Assembly: GCF_001194135.2 (NCBI RefSeq)
Contig: NC_068994.1
Location: forward strand, 48,866,919 to 48,900,919
From: Octopus bimaculoides
Lineage: Eukaryota
Reading direction: 5' to 3'
DNA length: 34,001 bases
Position 1 is the stretch's first letter; each line of letters starts with the position of its first letter. Both the position numbers and the translations under genes were made by a program. This document shows, piece after piece, positions 23,433 through 34,001 of the stretch. The notes beneath the pieces were generated by a model. That model saw only the letters and a list, made by a program, of their open reading frames with translations. It was not told the DNA's origin and searched no databases.

Positions 23433-23639
23433 TAATACTTGTTTCAGTCATTTGACTGCGGCCATGCTGGAGCACCGCCTTTAGTCGAGCAAATCGACCC
23501 CAAGACTTATTCTCTGTAAGCCTAGTACTTATTCTGTCGGTCTATTTTGCCGAACCGCTATGTTACGGGGACGTAAGCACACCAGCATCGGTTGTCAAGC
23601 GATGTTGGGGGGGGACAAACACCACACACACACACACAC
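23433..23639 (-). mobile_element. Family A SINE 3' half (CpG-rich, young), truncated by N gap
   Basis: TACTTGTTTCAGTCATTTGACTGCGGCCATGCTGGAGCACCGCC...; the head probably lies in gap 23640-24303. Confidence 0.9.
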
Positions 23640-25074
23640 NNNNNNNNNNNNNNNNNNNNNNNNNNNNNNNNNNNNNNNNNNNNNNNNNNNNNNNNNNNNN
23701 NNNNNNNNNNNNNNNNNNNNNNNNNNNNNNNNNNNNNNNNNNNNNNNNNNNNNNNNNNNNNNNNNNNNNNNNNNNNNNNNNNNNNNNNNNNNNNNNNNNN
23801 NNNNNNNNNNNNNNNNNNNNNNNNNNNNNNNNNNNNNNNNNNNNNNNNNNNNNNNNNNNNNNNNNNNNNNNNNNNNNNNNNNNNNNNNNNNNNNNNNNNN
23901 NNNNNNNNNNNNNNNNNNNNNNNNNNNNNNNNNNNNNNNNNNNNNNNNNNNNNNNNNNNNNNNNNNNNNNNNNNNNNNNNNNNNNNNNNNNNNNNNNNNN
24001 NNNNNNNNNNNNNNNNNNNNNNNNNNNNNNNNNNNNNNNNNNNNNNNNNNNNNNNNNNNNNNNNNNNNNNNNNNNNNNNNNNNNNNNNNNNNNNNNNNNN
24101 NNNNNNNNNNNNNNNNNNNNNNNNNNNNNNNNNNNNNNNNNNNNNNNNNNNNNNNNNNNNNNNNNNNNNNNNNNNNNNNNNNNNNNNNNNNNNNNNNNNN
24201 NNNNNNNNNNNNNNNNNNNNNNNNNNNNNNNNNNNNNNNNNNNNNNNNNNNNNNNNNNNNNNNNNNNNNNNNNNNNNNNNNNNNNNNNNNNNNNNNNNNN
24301 NNNTCTCTTTGTTTGCCTTCTTCGTCTCTTTCTCCTCAATCTTTATTGCTTTCTATTCCAGTTTTATGTTTTTTCTTTTTCTAAATAAACGTCTTTCTTT
24401 CTCACAACGAATTCTCACAACTTCTCTTTCCCTCTCACCCACCCCACTTTATCTTTCTATTCTCTCAATCTATCCTCCCCCTCCTCTTCTGCTTCCGTCT
24501 ATTCTCTCTCACTACTCCTCTCTTGACCTACTCATCCTCTTACTCTTTCCTCTCTTATATTTCTCTGCCTTCTCCTCTCTATATCCTTTTTATTCCATTT
24601 ACCTGAGTCTCATTTGTTTTCCTTTTTACTTCATCACTACTTCTGGCTCCATTCTCTGGCTGTTGCTGTCTTTACTATATCTTCTTTCCCACTCACTTTC
24701 TCATCTATTTCTCCCCTCTTCTCAGTTCTGCCATTTCTCATCTCTCTCTATCCTCCTCTATTGTCCTATAATTTGTTTTACACACAGAGGACATTGTAAA
24801 CCATGTTCACTCTCTTTCCTGTGTTACCTTCTCCCCCACCACTTCCAACGTTTTATATTCTTATTTCAATGTTATATCAACCCCTACATCCTCTCTCTGT
24901 TCTTTCAATCCCTTTGTTTTTGCATATTTCCTCCTCATTCACTAACTTTCCACCCCTCCCACCTCACTCCACCCTATTTGTTTTCCCATCTTCCCATCTT
25001 CCCAACTATACATCTCACCTTTTCATATTTTTATGATGTATATGACAAAAAAATAAATAAATAAAAGTATCATT

Positions 25075-25297
25075 TCCATTTAGTAATATTGCATCCACGC
25101 ATTGCATAAGCCTGCATTTTTTTGAGGAAGGGGTAGGTCGTATAGTACTTGACTGATAGTTATTTTATTAGCCCCAGGAAGATGAAAGGCAAAAAAAAAA
25201 AAAATAATAATAAGGAATTTGAACTCAATATACGAAGGGACATAACCAAATATTGTGCAGCATTTTGTGTCTGACACACAAATGCTTCTGCTATCCA
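25075..25297 (-). mobile_element. Family B SINE, degraded
   Basis: CCCCAGGAAGATGAAAGGC and GGAATTTGAACTCA motifs. Confidence 0.55.
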
Positions 25298-25693
25298 TTT
25301 ATGGATGACAGCAGCATCGTCGTATTCTTCACCACTTTCTTTCAATTTGCGAGAGTAATACTTGTGTGTTACACTCACCCATCCACACACACACACACCA
25401 CACACACTTCAATCTTTGCTTTTCTGATCAACTACTGTCTCCAAACTAATGGGAAAGGCCTCCATATGGTCATTTGATCTGCTACAAATAACAGTTGAAT
25501 TTCCCTGTTGTCCTGACGTGCTATTCCATGGATGAAATGCCTTCAATTGTAGCCAAGCTGGGACTAGGCAACAACTAAAGCAGCCACATTCCATGAACAA
25601 ATAGTGGAGCATCTATGTGGTTGCTTGATCTATAATATTTTAGCAATCATATCATACCCTGTTGTTTTTTTTAAATAAAAGATGGCATTTGAC

Positions 25694-25929
25694 CAATGGT
25701 TCTCAGCTGGGATCCATATAAGATTTCGTTACAATTTATATGCAATAAATTAGTTAATACTTCTACAAAATGTTTTAATTTTCTTATACAATTCCTAATA
25801 TTTAATTACAAAAATATGGTAATTTTTTTTCATATATATATATATATGCAGCAAATGGCTATTGAGGTCTAGTAGAATAAAATAGGGATCAAAGGGATTC
25901 ATAAGCCAAAAAATGGTTGAGAGCCACTA
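25694..25929. mobile_element. hAT-superfamily (Charlie-type) MITE
   Basis: Imperfect TIRs CAATGGTTCTCAGC / GTTGAGAGCCACTA (10/14 match). 8-bp TSD CATTTGAC (25686-25693) and CATTAGAC (25930-25937), 7/8 identical. Confidence 0.75.
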
Positions 25930-26676
25930 CATTAGACAGTGCAGTTATAAGATATACAGANNNNNNNNNNNNNNNNNNNNNNNNNNNNNNNNNNNNNNNN
26001 NNNNNNNNNNNNNNNNNNNNNNNNNNNNNNNNNNNNNNNNNNNNNNNNNNNNNNNNNNNNNNNNNNNNNNNNNNNNNNNNNNNNNNNNNNNNNNNNNNNN
26101 NNNNNNNNNNNNNNNNNNNNNNNNNNNNNNNNNNNNNNNNNNNNNNNNNNNNNNNNNNNNNNNNNNNNNNNNNNNNNNNNNNNNNNNNNNNNNNNNNNNN
26201 NNNNNNNNNNNNNNNNNNNNNNNNNNNNNNNNNNNNNNNNNNNNNNNNNNNNNNNAAAAAAAAAAAAAAAGCAAGGCCAGACCAGTATCAGCTCTATTGA
26301 AGCAGATTGTTTGGATTGATCTGGGACTAAATATCAGTAGCAACTGCTTTAGCTTTGTTAAAATAACATGACTGTCACACAGCCTCACTTTTTTTTTTTT
26401 CCCTCCCTTAAATTCTTGGCCTTAAACACAATTTGTTTATATTACTCTATGAAGTTGGCTGGTTAGGACTGGCTGAAGCCAATTTTTATGAATTGTGACC
26501 TTCAGGCAGCTGGAATGTTCTCAAGAGGAACCTCTTTCAAATGGCAGCAGGATTTGTAACTTTTAAGTTGGGCAAAGTCAATACTTCCATGACCTGTTTT
26601 AGTATTATAAGGTGGCCCTATGAATATTGTTCCATATAAGAGGGCATGCTAGTCCCTGGTCTCTGAAATTCCAAAA

Positions 26677-26852
26677 GGAGTGGCTGTGTGGTAAGTAGCT
26701 TGCTTACCAACCACATGGTTCCGGGTTCAGTCCCACTGCGTGGCACCTTGGGCAAGTGTTTTCTACTATAGCCTCAGGCTGACCAAAGCCTTGTGAGTGG
26801 ATTTGGTAGACGGAAACTGAAAGAAGCCCGTCGTATATATGTATATATATAC
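26677..26852 (+). mobile_element. Family A SINE head only (young), ending at the internal (TA)n
   Basis: Near-identical to the heads at 19764 and 7303; the family tail does not follow. Confidence 0.9.
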
Positions 26853-27043
26853 AATTATATGTATTTATTTTATCCTAATTAATAATAATTCGGATAGAAT
26901 AAATGGGTTAATAGACACCAGGGTAGCAAAGATCACAAAATAACTGTGGTGTAATTCCTGTTTGTGAGGCAGAAACTACTTGATATTTTGGGTATTTGAG
27001 TATATATAAATTTAAGGAATGGAGTAAACGCATGTCATAGCTG

Positions 27044-27142
27044 CATACTTTATTCCGACATATGTTTCGAAGAATTACAATTTATGCGATCCATAGGAAT
27101 CGTCGATGTTAAAAATGTAAACTTCTCCTCAGGGAATGTATG
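27044..27142 (-). ncRNA. Type I hammerhead ribozyme (minimal, palindromic helix III; Penelope-like/retrozyme type)
   Basis: Minus strand reads CAUAC-AUUCC [CUGAGGA] GAAG...CUUC [GAAA] C-AUAU-G-[UC] GGAAU-AAA-GUAUG. All conserved core nucleotides, the G10.1-C11.1 pair, helix I (5 bp + AAA bulge + 5 bp) and the GUC triplet are present. Predicted cleavage between 27057 and 27056. Confidence 0.85.
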
Positions 27143-27709
27143 GGAACCATCTTAAACTTAAGACATTATGACCGAGTATGAGAACTATAGTTGGATAAGG
27201 TTATAACGAAACGAATTGGGTAGATTGGCTTTTGACAGCTACAGGTTGACTGGTGGAGTGGTAATTGTGTGACAGGTGTTTGTAGTTGTATTTGATTAGG
27301 GTTACTAATGTTATCCATACAAGTATAAAATGTTATGTGAATTGAAGAGCTTCTGGTATTTTGTGTGTGGGTGAGAGATGACGGCTTATTAGAATTAAGA
27401 AATTCCTAGCTTTGTTTATGGTGACCTAGGTCATGTGATGCATCAGACCAAACTAACTTTCTGCTTCCTGGTTATACTCAGCTGTATGGTGGTTTGGGGG
27501 GGGGGGTCTTATGCATATAAATGAGTTCTTTCACTGAACAAGTAGACAAGTCTGATCTGTTTTTAGACAAGGATATTTTCGATTAGAGCATACTTCTATT
27601 GTAATTAAGCATACATGTATGTTTCCAGACCTAACCACATGTTGTTAGATAATTATTTGTTCTGGTAATTGTGTGTGTATGTGTGCACGCGCACGTATAC
27701 ACGCACATA

Positions 27710-27748
<39 letters not shown>

Positions 27749-28252
27749 TTGCATTTTTGGTGACTGCTGCACACTAACTTAGGTGTGCAGTGGAGGTAGA
27801 GGCGCAAGGTGAGCAAGTGGAGTTAGGTGTGCGTACATGAGAGTAAAATGTCACACTGCTTAAAGTTGGGAGAGATAATGGAAGTATAACTGTTTCGCTG
27901 TAAAAATTGTTCCTATTGACACACATCCCTATAACTGTGTCTTTGTGTATGTGCATACATCTGGAAATATATCATACGACATACATTATAACGTTTAAAA
28001 AAAAAAAACTCATTCATTCAAACCTTTCCCCCCCACTTTAACTGTAGCTTTAACCGCCCCTTCCTCTGTTACCATGCTTCGCTCATATTATATACACACT
28101 TATAAATCCAGACACACACTCTTTGTCTTAACTTTGTCCCTGTATTTCTGTATCTCTCTCTCTCTCTCTTTCTGTTTGTCTGTCTGTCTGTCTCTCTTTC
28201 TGTCTCTCTGTTTCTCTATCTCTGTCTGTCTGTCTGTCTGTCTGTCTTTCTT

Positions 28253-28285
<33 letters not shown>

Positions 28286-29808
28286 ACACATTTCTCTTGC
28301 TCTGTTTTTCTCCGAGATGCACATTTTCCACTTAGGCCTGCTCTTACGTGCACAGAGCCTGTTTACCTAACGCACACACACACACGCACACACTACCTAC
28401 CTACCTATCTCGCACTGTGCCAGAGCCAGCTACATACATTAATGGTAACGTCCACACTTACTCCTGTCCCACGCTGTCTCCCCCACCTCTTACTCCCCGT
28501 CCCATATACAAATAATGTTTATCTTAAATCAAGAAGGATGATACCTTGGAGGACATANNNNNNNNNNNNNNNNNNNNNNNNNNNNNNNNNNNNNNNNNNN
28601 NNNNNNNNNNNNNNNNNNNNNNNNNNNNNNNNNNNNNNNNNNNNNNNNNNNNNNNNNNNNNNNNNNNNNNNNNNNNNNNNNNNNNNNNNNNNNNNNNNNN
28701 NNNNNNNNNNNNNNNNNNNNNNNNNNNNNNNNNNNNNNNNNNNNNNNNNNNNNNNNNNNNNNNNNNNNNNNNNNNNNNNNNNNNNNNNNNNNNNNNNNNN
28801 NNNNNNNNNNNNNNNNNNNNNNNNNNNNNNNNNNNNNNNNNNNNNNNNNNNNNNNNNNNNNNNNNNNNNNNNNNNNNNNNNNNNNNNNNNNNNNNNNNNN
28901 NNNNNNNNNNNNNNNNNNNNNNNNNNNNNNNNNNNNNNNNNNNNNNNNNNNNNNNNNNNNNNNNNNNNNNNNNNNNNNNNNNNNNNNNNNNNNNNNNNNN
29001 NNNNNNNNNNNNNNNNNNNNNNNNNNNNNNNNNNNNNNNNNNNNNNNNNNNNNNNNNNNNNNNNNNNNNNNNNNNNNNNNNNNNNNNNNNNNNNNNNNNN
29101 NNNNNNNNNNNNNNNNNNNNNNNNNNNNNNNNNNNNNNNNNNNNNNNNNNNNNNNNNNNNNNNNNNNNNNNNNNNNNNNNNNNNNNNNNNNNNNNNNNNN
29201 NNNNNNNNNNNNNNNNNNNNNNNNNNNNNNNNNNNNNNNNNNNNNNNNNNNNNNNNNNNNNNNNNNNNNNNNNNNNNNNNNNNNNNNNNNNNNNNNNNNN
29301 NNNNNNNNNNNNNNNNNNGCTTGTATTTGATGTGTAAATATTTTTTGTAATCTTAAATATTTTCATATTCTCAGGTACAAAAAAACAACAACAAAAAGAC
29401 AAAGAAAAAACCCTACTTTCTCTAGGGATCGCAATTAAGCAACAGTTACATCTTAAAGGATGGCTGGGTGTGTGTGTGTGGCTGGAACATTTTTCTATTT
29501 TCAGTGTTCTGAATGTTTGAATAATGTGGCCACTGTCTTTTATTGAAGTTCATGGCTAATGAGCAATTATATCTTAAACGGTAGAAGATAGACTTTACTG
29601 TTTTCAGTATTTGAAAGTTGGAGAACATGGCCACTGCTATGGTGTACTTAGTGCATAAAGACAACACTCATTAAACAGAATCTCTCCTGGCTATAATAGT
29701 GTGGCAAGTGTTGAACTGCAGCCAACTAAAATACTCATTAACTGAACAAAATGAAAGAGCCCCTACGTTTTCGCTAAATCTACTAAAGTTAGCAACCAAA
29801 GCCCGTCG

Positions 29809-29840
<32 letters not shown>

Positions 29841-30298
29841 CNNNNNNNNNNNNNNNNNNNNNNNNNNNNNNNNNNNNNNNNNNNNNNNNNNNNNNNNNNN
29901 NNNNNNNNNNNNNNNNNNNNNNNNNNNNNNNNNNNNNNNNNGAGAGAGAGAGAGAGAGCATTCTTTTTATTTTGGCCATCAGTTTCCAGGCAACTTTCTG
30001 GGTAGTTTTTGTTGTCAGTCTGCCAAGTTCTTTGTTGGGTGTTGAAAGTCTGGCCCTCTCACTTTGCTTCTTTCACTGTTGTTGTTTTTGTTGTTGTTGT
30101 GTGTGCACCAGCCAATACTCAGTTATACCCTTTGAATTATATAAATGAATACACAATCCACAAACACCTGTAAGCTTAACTTAATTACTAAGAAGAGTTA
30201 GTGTGAGACTGTGTGAGGTATTCTCAACAACTGAAGCTATTCATATATTCATTATAACACAATGTGACTGAGTATTCCACAGCTACTTGTACCCTTAA

Positions 30299-30518
30299 CC
30301 CTTTAGCATTTAGATTACCCTGTCAAATGTAATGCTTATTTATTCATATTGATTTGACTTAATCATGCATTATCTCATAGCTTTATGATTTCAATGATGT
30401 GATTGTTTCTTTTTAGAATGACATTGTAAGGTAGGTGTGAGAGGCCAGATACAATTGGTTTGAACATAAAACGGGTAGATTATATTGGTTTTGATATGTC
30501 CATTTTAAATGCTAAAGA
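30299..30518. mobile_element. piggyBac-type (TTAA) MITE, right end cut by N gap
   Basis: TTAA (30295-30298) followed by CCCTTTAGCATT at the left; AATGCTAAAGA (inverted) at the right. 5' fragments of the same family follow TTAA at 9824 and 10939. Confidence 0.75.
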
Positions 30519-31492
30519 NNNNNNNNNNNNNNNNNNNNNNNNNNNNNNNNNNNNNNNNNNNNNNNNNNNNNNNNNNNNNNNNNNNNNNNNNNNNNNNNNN
30601 NNNNNNNNNNNNNNNNNNNNNNNNNNNNNNNNNNNNNNNNNNNNNNNNNNNNNNNNNNNNNNNNNNNNNNNNNNNNNNNNNNNNNNNNNNNNNNNNNNNN
30701 NNNNNNNNNNCTAGCAAATAACTATAACATGAAATAGGAAAAATATGTTTGGTTAAGTTTGTGGTAAAGTTCAATCTCTGATCGGAGACAGAAATTTAAC
30801 ACAAAAATAACAAATGCACCAAACACCACATGAAGTTTGAAATGTTGTCTTCATCTATGTAAATATTGAATAGATGGGAAAACAAATACACAAAACAGCA
30901 TTTCATTGTATTTTTGGTCAGGCTACTTCACTCTGCACTGCCAACCACTTTGTTGTGGTATTTTATTTTATTGAAAAAGCACTCAAGTGCTGGGAGTAGG
31001 GGAGACCCCAGAGTTTGTGTCAATGGCAGAAATTGTTATTTAAACATTGTTGTATTGTTGCTCTTCTTATTTCACACTTCTGATCTAACTGGAAAGTGAA
31101 GCTTCCTCATAGAATGATAATCTTTGCAATTCGTGGCACCACCCAAATAATACATCCCAATCTTTAAGTCTTGAACTAAAAGAGATTCCAACCATGACTC
31201 CATAGAACTGCTAAGATATAAGCAACACCAAAATAATAACAACAGCATTAATAATATATGAAAATAAGATTGTGACGAATTATGATAAAAAGAATTTGTG
31301 TACTGTTCTGATAAAAATGCTAAAGTGACTTCTGGACCACCTTGTGTATGTGTCTGTGCGAATTATTTAGTGCAAAGTTACCTTAGTTCGAGGTCCAAGA
31401 GTTTCCTGATAAGTGCAGCACATAAAACATTCCAGGCCTTGAGTTTACTCGTGCAACTTTACAGCTAAATAACACGCATGCGCTTGCACGTG

Positions 31493-31548
<56 letters not shown>

Positions 31549-31559
31549 AATATTGAGTT

Positions 31560-31800
31560 CTATTAACTCCTGTTTGTTCCGCCCAGTAATGAAGAATCTG
31601 ACATAAAGTTTCACCCTCTCTGTACACTGTCATCGTTGAACTAATTAAATAGAAAGAGCTACTTTACACTGCTCCAGAAGAATTTATACTCATCCATATC
31701 ACTCAGGTTGATTTCCACCCATTCTTGAAGATCGGCACTAATCCAGTAGGATTTCATCAGTTATGCCTTTTCCCTGATCCCTTGCTTCCTACTACAAAAC
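31560..31800 (-). mobile_element. Very decayed LINE (RTE-like) reverse transcriptase remnant
   Basis: Minus-strand GLVPIFKNG, then LLEQCKVAL and FFITGRNKQELI, in the order and spacing of RT motifs VPIFKKG / GI.LL...K / QFGF.PGRST. Many stops and frameshifts. Confidence 0.35.
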
Positions 31801-31961
31801 ATGTCAACAGCATCCTGGTGTCTTTGTTTTATTATTGGGAAGATGAGTTGAGAAGGTCTTGAAATGTTGATGGGTTCAGAAAAATTATTGTTCCTAACTT
31901 GTAAGGAGAAATGGAAAAGTCTTCAATGAAATAGTTCAAGTTGAATACAGCTGTGTTTCCA

Positions 31962-32013
<52 letters not shown>

Positions 32014-32610
32014 TATACATAGCTGAACTCATATATGAACAGCAAGGATAATCTCCACTAACATTCTGGTGCCTGCTGTTGTCTTTGTTTCATAGAAAAG
32101 AAGTAAGGGTAAGGTATTGAAAGTTAAGCTCTGGTGGTAGTGGTGGGGGGGATCTCCCTCACCTACGTATCTCACTATCTCCCACCACAAGCTCCCTCTG
32201 TCACTCTGTCTTGTGTGTCTGCTGTTCTTCCTCCTCCTTCTCTTCCCCCTCCATACACTCTGGGTTAACTTTTCTCGCACCCCTCTCACTGTCCCTCACA
32301 TGTCTGCCAATAAATGCAATAACTTATAAAATTTGTCTTTTTTACCTTTTTTGTTCTAACTGTTGAATCTGATTTGTGTGGGTCGGGGAGGTGAGTGGGA
32401 AGGCTTGATGAAGGTGGCAGTGGGAGGGAGATGATATTTAAAGGCTTTTGCTAACTATGCCTGTTGTGAGAGTAGTATTGTAAGAGAAGGCCTACAAAGT
32501 GTGTGTGGTACAGTGACAGTATTGTGTGCTGAGAAAGGACATGTGGCCCTCTGTGTTGTTGTTATTTAAATCCAAGTCAACCTTGGTCTAAGATGTTCCA
32601 GACATGATAA

Positions 32611-32643
<33 letters not shown>

Positions 32644-33059
32644 TTTTTACGACTGACTACATTGTCTTGTGTGTCCACTTTTTCTGTTGAAGTAGTAGAG
32701 TGTGACCTGAGAAAATTTGGATGTTATTTAGGCACTGTGTGTGTGTGTGTGTGTGTAGTTGTTGTTTTGCCCTGGTTCAAATCCTGTTGGGGTGTATTTG
32801 AACACAACCATAACATTTGATTAAACGATCTCTGCTCTTACCTAAAACTTATGGCCATTCTGCATGTACTCATTTGAAACCATCCTGCTTATACTTGTTC
32901 AGTGGCCAAGTATTACTGACTCTTTTACTTACATTAGCTGAACAGCGATTATTACGTTGTGCAAGATGGATTTAGCCATCAGCTGAGCCTGTCATTGAAA
33001 GTTGCCCTGCCGATTTCCCTTTGGTTTAAAAGAATTTGGTGCCCCCATATATATGTAAA

Positions 33060-33192
33060 TCAGTGCGAAACTGGTACTTATTTAATTGACCCTGAAAGGA
33101 TGAAAGGCGAAGTCGATCTCGGCAGAATTTGAACTCAGAACATCACGGCAGACGAAAAATACTGCTAAGCATTTCTGCCAGCTTACCACCCT
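33060..33192 (-). mobile_element. Family B SINE, partial
   Basis: CTGGTACTTATTTAATTGACCCTGAAAGGATGAAAGGCGAAGTCGATCTCGGCAGAATTTGAACTCAG. Confidence 0.8.
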
Positions 33193-33926
33193 TCACTGGA
33201 TGAATATTATTGAATACCTCAGTCCTGTATTATTCCTATTTTTTTTTAAATTTTAAGGTGATGAATTGAGATAGATTTAACTGCTTCACTTGAATATGTA
33301 GAAGATTGTTCACTGGATTTTTCATAATTTTTTCCCCCTTCTACCACAAATAATAAAAAAGAAGTTAGTTTAATAACGTATCACTGTAGTTAAGCAACTG
33401 CGTAGACACTTATCCATTAGTTCCTTTGACTTCCTCTCACCTCCTGCCTCTCCATTCTAAAGGTGCTGGTTGGAGTTGCGACGAAATTAAACTGCTGTAT
33501 TGAGTATATAGAACAGACTGAGACAACCGACTGAGAAAGATATTATGGGTGTTGCTTCTAATGATATTATGGGTGTTGTTGTTGTTGTGAGGTTTAGTAT
33601 TTCTGTGTAGTATAGCTTTTCATTGAACTCATTTGTGCAGTTCTTGCAAATGTAGAGTTGTGTGTGTATGTGTGTGTGTATGTGTGTGTTTTGAGTTTGT
33701 TTTAGCCATCGCAGCCAATGACATGTTGGAGCGTCACCTTTTTGTGCGTGTGTATGTGCATGTGGAAGACAATCAATCTTGGAACTGTACCAGATATTCT
33801 TCATTGAAATCAATTAATTGTATAAAAAAACATCTGTGATGTTCCTTTCTCAAGCTTAGATTAGAGAGACCAGTGTATGTGATGTCTGTGATTATATATG
33901 CATAGAGAGAAACACACCCACAAACA

Positions 33927-33973
<47 letters not shown>

Positions 33974-34001
33974 TATTTACTTATGTATTATAATGGAAGA
34001 T

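Noticed and set aside
26955-26985. GTGAGGCAGAAACTAC as a second hammerhead core
   Set aside because: Lacks CUGANGA and helices I and III.
7921-30774. Long ORFs containing X runs (e.g. 23592-25064, 28442-29350, 7989-8501)
   Set aside because: They stay open only because N gaps and microsatellites contain no stop codons.
1-34001. CRISPR arrays, rRNA, operons or intact transposase/RT ORFs
   Set aside because: None seen; the sequence is eukaryotic and all element-coding remnants are broken by stops and frameshifts.

Overview
AT-rich, microsatellite-laden, gapped (about 11 N-runs) eukaryotic scaffold. Its interspersed repeats resemble, from memory, those of Octopus/coleoid cephalopods; no database was searched. 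The window is mostly non-coding. It holds two abundant tRNA-headed SINE families (CORE-like and Meta-like), a third SINE family, decayed RTE-clade LINE fragments, a hAT MITE with an 8-bp TSD and a TTAA/piggyBac-type MITE. No protein could be named; the only gene evidence is a possible pair of terminal exons on the minus strand at about 16.2-16.6 kb. The standout observation is a complete type I hammerhead ribozyme on the minus strand at 27044-27142. It has an intact catalytic core, a GUC cleavage triplet and a palindromic minimal helix III, the architecture of the dimer-forming ribozymes of Penelope-like retroelements and retrozymes. It lies in an unannotated segment directly behind a tail-less SINE head. 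Almost all ORFs in the supplied track are artefacts of N-runs, microsatellites or repeats.
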